Shown: one piece after another, positions 12,595 to 25,455 of the stretch
Position numbering within the stretch: the first letter of the stretch is position 1
Layout: each line of letters opens with the position of its first letter
Assembly (NCBI GenBank): GCA_028534125.1
Contig: CM052817.1
Span: 40,426,001-40,490,000 of the forward strand
Reading direction: 5' to 3'
Length of the DNA: 64,000 nt
Source: Lama glama
Taxonomy: Eukaryota
The notes under the pieces: generated by a model
The model's database searches: none
The model's input: the letters and a program-made list of their open reading frames with translations, nothing else
What the model was told of the DNA's origin: nothing
Program-made: the position numbers and the translations under genes

Positions 12595-15335
12595 AAGCAC
12601 TCAGAAAACTAGGAACAGAAGAGAACTTCCTCAGCCTGATAAAGGCTATCTACAAGAAGCCCAGAGCTAACATTAATATTCAAAAGTGAAAGTCCGAGTG
12701 TTTCCTAAGATCAGGAGCAAGATGAGAATGTCTGCTCTTGCTGCTTCTATTCAGCATTATACTGGGGGTTCAGTCAGAGCAAGTTCAACATGGTTGTTGG
12801 TTACAAGATCAAAGTACAAAAATCAATTATATTTTTATAAATTGGCTGTTATATTGTGATTTATAATAAGAAATATATATTTGGTTTTCTTCCACTGCTC
12901 TTGGAACATTGCTTCTAAAATCCTGGGAATTTCCTAAGTTGTAAGAGTGGTAAAGGTGTCTTTTGCTATCAAAACAAGCCCCTTTCAACCACACCTGAAT
13001 TTATGTTAATGAGGTGACTTTTGGAAAGCCCCTGAGGATGGAGATTGGTTACCAGGGGAACCAACCATGTGACTAGTGGATTGGAACTCTCAGTCCCACC
13101 TCCACATCTCTGTGGCGAGGAAAGGGACTGGAGGTCGAATCAATCACCAATGATCGGTGATTTAATCAGTTGTGCCTATGTAATGAAGCCAAAGGACAGG
13201 GTTGGGAGAGCTTCCAGGCTGGTGTACACTCGAAGGTGCTGGGAGAGTGGCATGCCCTTTCCTCCATACTTTGCTCTATGCCTCTCTTCCATATGGCTGT
13301 TCCTGAGATATATCCTTTCATAATAACCAATAATCTAGTAAGTAAACTCTTTTCCTGAGTTCTATGAGAAGATCCATCAAATTAACTGAACCTGAGGAGG
13401 CTGTTGTTGGAATCTCTAATCTAGAGCTTTTTGGTGAGAAGCACAGGTAATAACCTGGACATGAAGTGGGCATCTGAAGTAGGAAGAGGGGACTTTCTCG
13501 TGCCACTAAACCCTTAATATGTGAGATCTAATAGTATCTCCAGGTATATCCGTCTATCAGAATAGATAGTGACCCCCAGCTGGTGTCAGAGAATTGTTTG
13601 TTGTGTGGAAAACCCACCAATCTGGCATCAAAAGTGAGGAAGTGCTGTAGGAGTGTATTGAGAATAGAGGAGACATGTGGAGAAGTGTGGTTTTTTCTTT
13701 ACATTCCCGTGAGAGTGGTGGGATTTGCTAGACCAGTCCTGGCTCACAGAAACTTGTGCTTTGGGAAAAGAAAGGATGAATGGGCTGGGAAAAACAAAAT
13801 TAAGAATGCAATTCATTTATAATAGCATCAAAAGTAGATACTTGCTATTGTCTGGGGGTTTTTTAATTGATTTTTTAAATTATAGCCATACTAGTGACTG
13901 AAGTGGAAAAAAAATTAGAAAAGTTAGAAAATGCTAATCAAAATCTCTTTGCAGTTTTGATTAGCATTTCCCCAATGGCTTATTACAGTCAACATAATTA
14001 AATAAATTTAACAAAAATAATGCAAACTTATACTCTGAAAACTACAAAACATTTTTGAAAGATATTAAAGAAGACTTGGATAAATGGAAAGATATCCCAT
14101 GTTCATAGATTGGAAAACCAAATATTGTTAAGATGGCAGCATCCCCTCAATTTATCTACGGGTTCAATGCAATCTCTATTAAGATAGCAGCTGGCAGCTT
14201 TGCAGAAACTGACAAACCGATTCAAGAATTTATATGAAAATAGAAGGACCCAGAATATTCCCCTCAAAAAAAATCTTGAAAAAGAACAAAGTTGGAAGAG
14301 TCACAAGTCTTGATTTCAAAACTTACTACATTAAATAAGAAAGTGTGGTACTGGGATAAGGATAGACATATAGGTGGATGGAATAGAATTGAAAGTCCAG
14401 AAATAAACCCTCATATTTACGGTTAATTGATTTTCAACAAGGGTGCCAAGACAACTTAATGGAAGAAAGAATAATCTTTTCAACAAATGGTGCTGAGACA
14501 ACTGGATACCTACATGCAAAAGATGAAGTTAGACTCCTTTCTAATACCATACACATAAAGTAACTCAAAATGAACCAAAGCTCTAATTATAAGGGCTAAT
14601 ACTATAAAGCTATTGGAAGAAAATATAGGATTAAACCTTGTGGCCTTGTTAGGCAATCTGATACATGACACCAATTTCCAGTTTCTCCACACACTCACAT
14701 AATGCTAGTGGTAATGCAAAATGGTATAGTTACTTTGGAAAACAGCCTGGTAGTTCCTCAAAAGATTAAATATATTTACTATGATACCAACATTTTACTC
14801 CTAGTTATATACCTAAGAGAAATAAAAATATATATCCTCCCAAAAATTTGTACACCTATGTTAATAGCAGTATTAGTCATAATAGCCAAAAGGTAGGAAC
14901 AATCCAAATACTGATCAACAGACAAATAAATAAAATAATAATAAATAAAAAGAATTATCCATTCAATGGAATACTATTTGGTCACAAAAAAGAATTAAGT
15001 ATTGATAGATGCTACAACATAAATGAACCTTGAAAATATCCTAAGTGAAAGAATCTAGACACAAAAGACCACATATTATGATTCCATTTATACGGCATAT
15101 TCAGAATGAACACAGAGACAGAAAGTAGATTAGTAGTTGCAAGGAGCAGGGGGAGGAGCTGGGGAAAGTGATGAATAATGATAATGAATATGAGATTCCT
15201 TTTTGAGGTGATGAAAATGTTCTAAAATTGATTATGGTGATAGTTGTGTAACTCTGAAGATGCTAAAAATCATTGACTTGTATATTTTAAATGAATGAAT
15301 TGTATGGTATACAAACTACATCTCAATGAAGCTGT
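12595..15335 (+). mobile_element. old L1 (L1MB-like) ORF2 3' part and 3'UTR, interrupted by a MER21-like LTR and locally rearranged
   Basis: ORF2 motifs (taaatggaaagatatcccatgttcatagattgg, ttcaacaaatggtgctgagacaactggata) and L1MB-type end (gaaagtagattagtagttg...gatgaaaatgttctaaaattg...catctcaatgaagctg). Confidence 0.85.
12847..13703 (+). mobile_element. MER21-like LTR (ERVL group), followed by a short internal stub to ~13790
   Basis: TG...CA ends; ggttaccaggggaaccaaccatgtgactagtggattggaactctcagtccca and ctctatgcctctcttccatatggctgttcctgag motifs. Confidence 0.75.
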
Positions 15336-15749
15336 GATTTTTTTAAAAAGTGAGTTAGCTTTATATCCATTGTTTTGGAAAGATGTCTGTGATATATTTA
15401 AGTGAGAAGAGAGAGTTCTAAAGTAATATATACATTTTGACTCCATTTGTATGTTAAAATGTGAACATATGTTTATATGAGAATAAAAAAATTTCCAAAG
15501 GATACATACCAGGCTGTTAACACTGAGAGATAGGAAGGGAGGGGTTGGAGGCAGTGAGAGATCGTTAACTTTTTCTTTATATATATTTGGATTATTTTCA
15601 CTTTTTAATTGAGCAAATAGGACCATATATCTTTTTAAAAAAAGTGAAATAAAGAAAATAAAATCATTTAAAAAGAGACTGGGGGACAGTGAGAAAGGAA
15701 ATTCTTGAACGGGAGAGAGTGGAGGCAGAAAAAAGAAATAAGGCACTCA

Positions 15750-16600
15750 AGCTGATGAGGGCAGTAGAAATGAAAAGGAGACAGATTTCTAAGACACTGT
15801 AAAAGTAAGAGCAAGAAATAGGACTTAGCTGCTGAGTGAAGATGAGATCAAAGAGAAGAGGAATTGTTATTAATCCAAGATTTCAGGCTGTAAGTAAGGA
15901 GATGTCCCTAGAATTTGGTTTTGAGTTGGAGGTACTCAATAGCTCACCAGGTGGAGACCCGTGATGGATGAATGATTTAGGGAGTTGTCTGAAAGAGAAA
16001 AATGTTACACAGAGAGAGATCACAGTGTTAGAAGAGAGAGGACCACGGGCAGGATACTGAGGACCACATCCCCATACAGGGCATTCCTGTGAAGGAATAT
16101 GTGAGGAAGAGGAACACTTAGGAGACTGCAATGATATCCCAGGAAGAGAAGGAGCAGTGAGCTTCAAGGAGGACAGGGAGATGGAGCAGAAGTTCGTACT
16201 GCAATCAGCGGAACTTGGTGCCTGGAAGCTCATTCCTTGTGAGTCGACAAGGGTGCATTTTCAACAGAGTGGGTGTGGGATCCAGATGGCTGAGGGCTGA
16301 GAGTAAATCAAAGACCCGACTAAGGAAGAAGTAGTATATGAAAACTATGCTTTGGGGAAATTTCTCGTCAATGGGAAGGGAAGGAATGAAATAGGAGCTT
16401 GACTGAGAAAGCAGGATCTTGGGAAGCTGTTTTTAGAGTGGAGGAAATATGCCCACATTTATAGGCTAAGGGAAAGAGCCAGTTGACAGGGAGGGAGTCT
16501 TGGGAGTGGACAGGATAAAGAATAACAACAGGTGGAGTTACGCATGGAAATAAAGTGAGGAACTTCATCTTCGGACAGGGGAAGAATTATAGAAAGATAG
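15750..16600 (-). mobile_element. LINE-2 fragment (degenerate)
   Basis: Purine-rich reverse-L2 motifs (gaatttggttttgagttggagg, ttttcaacagagtgggtgtgggatccagatgg). Confidence 0.55.
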
Positions 16601-19600
16601 AAAGATTTTTTTTTTTGGTGGAGAGAAGTTGAGCCTCCATCCAGGGGTGATATTTGAAATATTTAGCAATCAGTGCAGAGTGGGCCTCAGCCTTCAGACA
16701 CTGGCTGTGCACCCAACCAGGATGCCCTCTCCTCCATCCCTGTTGACTTTTTAGTTGCTGGTCAAGGCGACCTCTCAGGGAAGAGGCTAGGGCAGACAGC
16801 GGAGTGGGACAACATAACTCGAGGGCTGAAGCAACATTTCCTAGCTAGAACTTTAAAAGGCTGAATAAGAATCATCTTCAAAAATCCCTCAAAAGCAGTC
16901 ATTTGTGACAAAAACAATATCATACCATAAAATGATTCATCTTTAGCTCTCTGATTGTTTTTTGTCTTTGTTTTTATCAAATAAATAACGGATGCCTTCC
17001 ATAACTCAATGCACGTTGACAAAAGGTCGAACGAGAAGGGATTGACATCAGAACTGTTCACACTCTTTTGGTTTGTTCTCTTGTAGCAAACGACAGTCTC
17101 ATAGTTCACGTGAGGAAAATGGGGATACAGTGAACTTCAGAACGTGGAATGTTTAATTGAGGTTCTCCCTCAGAGCACCAGCCACAGACCTCGTTGCAAC
17201 TGTTTTCCCACTGGAAGAGGAGAGCGGGATGATCATAGCTAGCACTCGAGAGGATACAGGAAAGTGCTTGGGGATTCTCAGATCACAATTGCCAAGTACA
17301 TCATGTAGAAACCGTCACCAAGGTAATTGTATCAACCTCAGCCACACGTTGGCCACAAAGGAAAACACCCCGGCAGTCGTCCGTCTGCGTTTCAGAAGCA
17401 TTTCTCCTTCATCCCTCCAAAGTACTGCCCTACTTTAATACCAGCTATGCTGGTCTGAGGGCTGCTGGTCTGGTGGAGCAGACCCCGAAGAAATAATTGG
17501 GCATGCTGATCTAGGGCATGCTGGATGTGGCTGTAGACATTTTAAAACCCAAACTTTTCTGCCTGCAGGAGACCCTTTATCTAATCCCAGCCCCCTAGAT
17601 GAGGAAACCATGGCAACCAGCTATGAAAGAAAAGGTTAAACCAAGATTTAGATCCATTTGGATCTTTTAATCCAGTATCCTTACTTCCTTCTTGTTGGAA
17701 ATCTTACGTTATAATTTATTACTCACGAACAGGGTTTCCTGACACGTAGAATTTGTTTGTAGTTCAGGTACGAGGTTAGCATGAGACATCCCCAGAGGTT
17801 TTAAGGTACAATATGGAGCACATTACATTTGAATATATAGCTGATCTATTGACCCAGCAGGACTCGTGGTATAATCAGAAAGCAGCTTTCTGCCCTTCTG
17901 TCATGCCTGTTCAGACCCGCATGGCTGTTTTCCTGCCCCTTGGGTAAAGTGATGTGTAGGTGCTATGACTTTTGGGGTCACTCTGAGATAATAAAAATGC
18001 CTCTGGTTCCTTGCAGTCAAAAATATATTCTTATATCAGTAATTAATATGTTTGATATAGTGTAATCATCGAAAACCCCACACTTCAGTGGCAAAGGGGA
18101 GTGATGGTAGGCTCTCTGTGTTTCTTCCAGCCCAGTGCTTCTCCCCTCCTGGTACACGCAGGAGGCTGTTCGTCTCCTCTGGGACTAAGATGGGGGAGAG
18201 AGACTAAGGGGCAGAAAGCTGGCTCTAGCTGGCATGGCTTCCTCTGCCGTGAAGATGGCACTTCTTCTCATCGGTGCTTTTACGGGTTTGTCAGAATCAC
18301 CCTCATTACCACCACTCTGCTGTGGAATCTCTCACCGCCCGCTTCCTTGGCACAGGCACGTTCATTTTGCCTCTGACTGGTTGCCTTAGATTCTCTCCCC
18401 CACCCTGCGGCCCTGAGCATCCGGAGGCAAGTCTCTGGCTTCTTTCTGCTGAGGTCTCTTCGCCCTTCTAAGCAGTCCTCTCGGTTAGATCAAAGTCAAG
18501 CCCACACTGTTTGTCTCACTATCTTAGACTTGCCTTCTGTGGGAGTAAATTACTTCCCCCACCAGAATCCCTACCCTGCGTTCAGGCCACTTTTGCCAAC
18601 TCTGGCCCTTTAGATTTCTCAGGCATGAGCCAAAAACCAGTCCATGGCATTCCCTAAACTGCAGGGGACATATCCCAAGCTCTCCAAGAGACTGGCCTGA
18701 AGTCCCTCTCATCAGACTCAAAGTGAGGGAAGAGCCCCCTTTGCCCTCCTCCTGTGGGGAGTGGGTTGTATAGAAGGGACTTCTTAGAAGAAAACCTGCA
18801 ACTCCTTCCATAGAAACCCTTCTTAATCCACAGCAGCCTTGGCAGCCTCCACCTCAACTCTTTTATACTCTTCAAGGTAAGTGAGAGGTTAAGGGAGCAC
18901 TGCTTTGCAAGTCCTACTTGGTGGTCCTGCACATTATTTGGAATGTGAGAGTGGTTGGTGACTATTATCTGGGGCCTCTGTCAAGATGGAAACAAAATGT
19001 TAACTGCCAGTTGACATCCCATTACCTAATGTATTCTTGTCTACTTTCCAAATACCCTATGAGGTTTTCTTTGATAGGTAGATGTTGATAAAGATCGAAT
19101 GCCATCTCCATGAACTTTGTGTGGTTTTGTTGTTTACCAGAAATTACCTGAATTACCGGGGGTTGGATAAGGGCTGGCGATGATTTTGTTATACAGAGAT
19201 TATTATTGTAATGAGAGTCACTGCAATTTGACCAGCAGCAGGGATTCTCAGAATCCTGGGAGTGTTATTTATGAGTTGTGCTTCTCAAGTCTGTTTTGCC
19301 AATAAGGGAAGTGATTTGAATCTTAAACAATAACAAATTGGCTACCCCAAGAGAAAGGAAATAAGAGAATACAGAATTTCTTTGTAATTCTAAATATTCT
19401 CTAGCGATTTCAGTTAGATAACAAGGCCACTTATATCGGAAAAGCCACCACCCCTGCTCAGATGGATGGATGCCTGTGCTGTGAGTTGGGGCAGTGGACT
19501 TGGTAGAGCACCATAGTGTCTCATTGTGGTCCTGAGGAATGATTCTGTCCTGTGTACTGATCGCCATCCTACCCACAAAGTTTGTGGCTCGGCTCTATTT

Positions 19601-20227
19601 CCAGACCTTAAACCCTGTTTGTCCTGTACTTGGCACTTTCCTCAAAGCCTAAAGCATTTTGGAACACTGTCAACAGATCATTTTAGAATACAGGATGGAC
19701 CTCTATATACATGTATTTTGCTCTTACACCCATAAATGATTTAATATGCCTAAAACTGTATTGCACATGGTGAATGAATTTTAATGGGTGGGATACCAAG
19801 ACCAACAAAAGAAATTTCAAAGTGTGGATAAACTTACGTTTTGTTTGTCTTCACTAGAACTCTCATGACATTAATGGAATCTGCTTATAGCAGCCAACTC
19901 TCCTTCATGGCCAGCATTTTAACACGTTATTTCTGCTGTCAATATCACTGTCGGAATGTAATTTATTTTACTCTTTGAGTTGATTTGAATGGACATTTTA
20001 GAGATGAAGGTGGCAATGATTTAGTTCTGCTGACAAATGGCACTGGGCCTACCAACAAGTTTATTTCTTAAGAAAAAAGTGGACCTGGCTCTAAGTGAAA
20101 ATGAAAATGCTCAAATAAATTAATCACAGTACAAGGGTTCTCGAACTTTCCATAAAGGAAAGGAAAAGTAAGGACATATTACAAATAGAGAACGCTTTTC
20201 CCAAGAAAGGAAGTGACTCAGTCATGG

Positions 20228-20405
20228 GTTTGTCAGAATCACCTGTGGTTCTTTGTAAAAATACCCATGTCCAGGTCCCTCCTCTCCCCTCACCACTCCC
20301 CATCCTCAGGTTCTGACTTAGGGGGCCTGCGGTAGACCCAAGCATTTGTATTTTTTAAAGCTCCCATTGGTGATTCAGATATGCAGAGTTTTGAGAGACC
20401 ACTAA
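20228..20405. mobile_element. MER5-type MITE
   Basis: tcagaatcacctgtgg...aaaatacccatgtccaggtccc...gcatttgtattttttaaagctccc...gtgattcagatatgcag. Confidence 0.7.
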
Positions 20406-21469
20406 TTATTTGGATGGATCCAGAAGTTTTAAAAGAATGGATTGGAAGCAAGTGTAGCTAGAGGGTAACTTCAGTCATGGCAAGAGAAATGAATGGCATT
20501 GAAAGGATGGACGTGGGGGAGGGGGTTGTCCTCACATCAGAGCTGGGGTTAATTCATGGACTGGCCTCAAGCAATTCTTATCTCTGAGGGACTCACAGAT
20601 CACTGAGAGTCTGATGAAAGCTGTAGTCACTCTCCTTAGAAAAATCTTCAGAGGCTAACCCCACAAAATTCCGCCGGGGGTTTGGATTCAAGTTTCTATT
20701 TCTGCTGTTTTAACCAGATGTTTAATAGTCCCATTCCTTAAGGGAAGGGAAACAGAAGAGGGCAGATCCCAGATCTGAAGAAGCTCACAGTCTAGTAGCC
20801 AGGAAAAAGCAGTAACAAGTCAATATACACGTAATAGTGTATTATGGGGGAATACTATATTGTGGGGGAAGGGAGAGTTCTGGAATGTTGAGGCAGAGAA
20901 TTTGAACCAGGTGCTTTGAGAGGCAGCAGATTAGACGAGGCAGGCGGTACGGAGTCCCTCTAAAAGAATGGGAGGTCAACCTAAGGCAGCTTGATAAAGG
21001 AGGTCCTCACGTGGGAGCCCCGTGGGGCCGCGTTTGGAAGAGAAGTTAACGGTGAGCGTGGGATAAAAACAGCGTTGATCCCCGCTGCTGCTAGAGGTCA
21101 CTGACATGGTGTCACCGGTAGGCTGAGGTTTGGGGTGGGGAAAGCTATCAAAATGCCGATGAATACAGTTTTATAACAGACTGAGACGAGACGCTGGGAG
21201 GAAGAGAGCGAACTGGCGCTGGGAGGACGCTGCTCATTGCCAGGGTCAGAAGTTGGCCCTGCGTTTGTTCTCCACGATGAAGGAAAACCGCGGGAGAGCG
21301 CTCAGCGGCGGACAACTGCATTCGGCCAGTGGGCACGAAAATGAATCTTAGCTGCTATGTGCAAAACCCCTAGGTGTGTGGACAGAAGGGAGCCAGCCAG
21401 AAGGTTACATCGAGTCAGGAATAAATAACTACCAGGCGGAGGATCCCAGACTCGGTCCTTCCTTTTGTT

Positions 21470-22400
21470 GGGTGAGGAGCGCCAGGCAAAGGCGTCCACA
21501 AAGGCTTTGGAAAGAAGCGGTTCCACCGTCCCCACTCGGCTCCAGCCCCCGGTAACTACGCGGGGCCCCGAGGGGTGGGGGACGCCCGAGGCCCAGGGAT
21601 GGGGTGCGGGGAGGGGGGTCAGTCTCCCCCGGAGGCCCGGCAGCGGGGACCCCAGAATAAGTCGGGGGCGGGCGCGGCGCGGCAGGCGGGCAGATCCCAC
21701 CCCTTCCTGAAGGAAGCGCCCTCCTCGCCGCGACTGCCGCCGCCGCCGCTGCCGCCGCCGCAGGTCACGGCCCCGCGAGGCGACCGCGGCCCCGCCGCAC
21801 CGGAGCAGGTAGGCGCGGCGCCCGCGGCGCCCGCGGCGCCCCCTCCTCCGCCCGGGGCCGCCAGGCATCCGAGGGGCGTCGGGCCCGGCTCCGCGCCCAA
21901 CCCGGAGGCGCAGAGGCGGGGACCGCGGGCGCCTCAGCGGGGCTCGGGCGGCGGGGTCTTCCCGGCCGCGGGGCCCTGCTCGGCTGCGGACCCCTCCCCC
22001 GAGCGCCCCGGGCCCCCGGCCGCCCCCCGAACCCCCGCGAACGCACGCCCCGGGCGAGGCGAGGGTGGCCGGCGGCGTCCCGGAGCCCCCGCCGGCGCGC
22101 CTCGTCCCCGCCGCCGCCGCCGCCGCAGTGCCGTCCGCCGAGCCCCTGCGCCGCCCGCCGGCTGCGGCTGCGGTCCTGTCCTTTGACAGGTGTCCCCACT
22201 CGCCGCCCCATCCGATACCCCGGCCTTTTGTTGTCCGGGGCGCTCAGGTCGGAAGCGACCCCAAGTTTGGCCTCCCGGTCCGTCTGCCGTTCGCCGATCA
22301 CTTTCCCGTTAGCAGAGTCAGGCCGGCTCGCGCAGCAGGGGAGCCGGGAGGGATGCACTAACTTGCCTTGCCCTGTGCACAGCCTCCGCTCTGAATGAAC
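21470..22400. promoter_or_regulatory. CpG-island promoter of a + strand gene
   Basis: Very GC- and CpG-rich ~0.9 kb; GC boxes (GGGCGG near 21666); (GCC)n tracts at 21736-21761 and ~22106-22125; no TATA box seen. Confidence 0.9.
21700..21808 (+). other. probable non-coding first exon (start approximate) with 5' splice site
   Basis: Ends ...accggagCAG|GTAGGC (GT at 21809-21810); no ATG between the GC boxes and the donor; no coding exon recognised in the following 42 kb. Confidence 0.6.
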
Positions 22401-24598
22401 GATCCTGCTTCCCTTTCCTGGGTGCACACTTGGAAAGAAATGGGATTTTCAGTTTCTCCGGGGAGACGCCGGTGGGTGGGTGACCGAGGCTGTTCGATCA
22501 TCCATTGCAATAAAAGAGTGATTAGCTTTGGGGTTATGGAGAGAGCCCTTGTTGAGTGATTTTCTCCTTAAACCGAATCAAATCGAGAACGAGGGGATTT
22601 TTACCATTTTAAATTCATATTCCTTTTCTCTCTGCTCATTTCTCTCCTCCGTCCACCGCTACCTTCACAGCACTTTATTATATCCCAGACACTTCACGGA
22701 ATTTTTTTTGTCAGGTTTATTCCGGCGAGACCGTCTTTCACGGCCGAGCCATGATTGTGACTGCGAATGTGAGAACCTAGCCCAGTGGGGATGGAAGCAC
22801 CTCTCCTGGAGTGAACCCATTCCCACTTCCTGTGGGAGACCAGGAGAGGTCCAGTTAGGGAACTAAATATACTAATAATATGGTTTTCTTTTTTAAGTTC
22901 TTGGATCTGTTACAATAACACTGTCTAAATTACGATAATACCAGTTTCTGCTTCTTCATTTCTCTGCTTGAATCAAAGGCAGATTTTTAACAATGCAGGG
23001 CTATAACTCCATTCCAGGCTCCAAGTCATCAAAAGGATAGGCGAATGTGGATGTATAAACTCCATGGTAACAGTTAATAAACTGACTTACTTAAAGTTTT
23101 CAAGGAAAAATTGTTAGGCTCATGTATGTGATATTTGCAGATTAAAGAATTTTACAATTTCAGCTCTCATGCATTAAGTCCCAAACTTTTTCTTCTGTGT
23201 GTCCCAGAGACACCATGTTTCAAACATTCACTATAGCTCCCGTCTCTTAACGAACTAGAAATGTGAGTTTAATCTTCAAGGCATAAGCATAGGAATTTTA
23301 ATGTTGTGTCTTTTATTTATACAATATTTAATAAATATTTTGCAAGTTCCCCAAGTTGGAAGTTCAAAAACCAGGCATGGTAAATAAAAGGATAAAGAAG
23401 TTTTGCTAACAGTAATGACAATTGGTAATGTTATGACGTTGAACAAACATATTAAAGTATTTGGGAAATGCATGTTTATTATACTCTGCCATTAGCTGAA
23501 GGCAATCTGTTTGGATTATTTAAATTGACATCAGAGTGTCTCTATAGTGATTGCTTAATTCATGTATTTCTCATCAAATGCCTTTCACAGGTTGCTTCGA
23601 GGGGGAGATAGTTTATTCCGTAGTGTTTTTTTTTTTTTTTGCATGAATATAGTAATACCGTATGTTTAGGCTTTGTTCTGGAACTACCACAGTCATACTT
23701 ACAATGATCTTGCAGGGTTTTCTTGTGCTCACTTTACCTGCTTTGTGATCATCAAGAGTGATGGCACTTGGCTGTGTCCTCCTGCTTTGTTTCCCCTGTG
23801 ATCTAGGCGCATCTCTGCAGTACAGTGGCCAGATTAGCTGGGCATCCTGGAGTCACGCAGGAGGAAAAGCTGGCTGGCCCCAGCAATCCTCGACATTTGG
23901 TTTCAGCATAATCTGGCCACTCGGAATGAGTTCAGTAACCAATTAAGCAAGACAGACACTGACAAGATAATGTATCACCTCTCAGTCTTCCCCTTCACAA
24001 GAATCTACAGCACTAAGAATCCAGAATACAGTGGTGATTAGGTGCTGTGAGGCTCAAATGATATATGTGCTAAAGTTCTCAAAATGTGATACAAAGACCA
24101 AATGTTACTGAATCTAAGTTCATGAAAAGGCTAGGAACAGATCGAGGTATGTAATAAATATTTTCCTTATCCTAAGGGCAATAACAGATGCTTATCCTTG
24201 CTTAACTATAAACTTTTATTCCTGGAGCTGATAGTGCCATGTATCTTTATGGTTTTTTGTTTTGTTTTGTTTTGTTTTCATAATTTGCTCTAAGCACTTT
24301 CAAGCTAGCTCATAGATTAGTGGAACAAGTCATAGTTATCACCAATGTCATTTCCTGGGATGCTTGGATTTTGAAAGATAACTTGTGGCAATGGAGAGTC
24401 TTAATGCAAAGAGATTTTAGAGCGGCCAATTGGAATGATATTTTGAAATAATAATGAAATCTTTGGCAGTAGCCTTCAAATTCACCCCCACGGTATTCCA
24501 AGTCAAGCCAGTACTGCAAGGTAATGCTTGAAACTCTTTTATGAAGGGAGAAATGAACAATTTTCTTTTCAGCATCTGTGAATGGTTTTTCTCTAGAT

Positions 24599-24790
24599 CA
24601 GTGCTGTCCAATAAAACTTCCTGCTATGATGGAAATGTTCCGTAATCTGCCCAGTACGGTAGCCATGAGCCCCATGTGGCTGTTGAACCTTTGAAATATG
24701 TCTAGTATAATAGAAGAACTGAATTTTAAATTTTATTTAATTTTAATTAATTTAAATAGCCATATGGGGCTATCATACTGGACAGTGCAG
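24599..24790. mobile_element. MER3 hAT-Charlie MITE
   Basis: gtgctgtccaataaaacttcctgctatgatggaaatgttc...gaactgaattttaaattttatttaatttt...ggacagtgcag. Confidence 0.85.
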
Positions 24791-25455
24791 CCTTAAATTT
24801 TCTCCACCCATTTCCTGCAAAGGTAACGCTTAATGACAATTATCCTTAATTGGAAGAAAGTGGAGATTGGCATGGATAGAACCAGGAGTTAAGATTTGAC
24901 TCTGTAATCCTGTTGTTATGAAAAAATACTTGCAATTACTCCAAAGAAGGTGTTGAATGTTGAAGTTCAACTGTATTCTAAAAATCAAGCTTCCCTTTTC
25001 AATTCCCACACATCTGCTAGCCACACAAATAAGCATCACCCAGAGTTGGCCCCATGTGTCTGTGTTCTTAAACTTGTTTTTTAATTAGCTCTTTTGCACA
25101 TTATAGAATCATTTATCCTTAGAGTTAGTTTCTGCCCTTTTCAAGGGGAGGGGAATTTAGAGAGGCAGAAAACTGAAGATGATTTACAACCAGCCCTGCT
25201 CCCCTCCTGTCATCACAGAGACCCTCTGAGAAGTGTGAGGAGTGAGTGCCCCGCCTCAAGAAGTGGCTGAAGCCTCTGTCTCCCTTGGGCCCTCCTTGTC
25301 TGGTGTCTTTCTCTTGGCCTTTAACCCAAATCCTCCCACCCAGCCCAGCCCCTGTGGATGAAAAAGTCCAGTTGAAAAATAACCTACCATTAATTTTAGT
25401 AAAACTGTTAAAATGGGATTTTATTTAGCATTTTATTTTGGCTCTTGAGAGGGAC

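Noticed and set aside
21700..21808. Naming the host gene (a short non-coding exon 1 plus a very long intron 1 is reminiscent of ARHGEF28, among many others)
   Set aside because: No coding exon is in the window and this layout is common; BLASTN of 21600-21900 against mammalian RefSeq RNA would decide
21302..22427. Long Pro/Arg/Gly/Ala-rich ORFs (188, 203 and 220 aa) on both strands
   Set aside because: Expected artefact of stop-codon scarcity in a CpG island; low complexity and no recognisable domain
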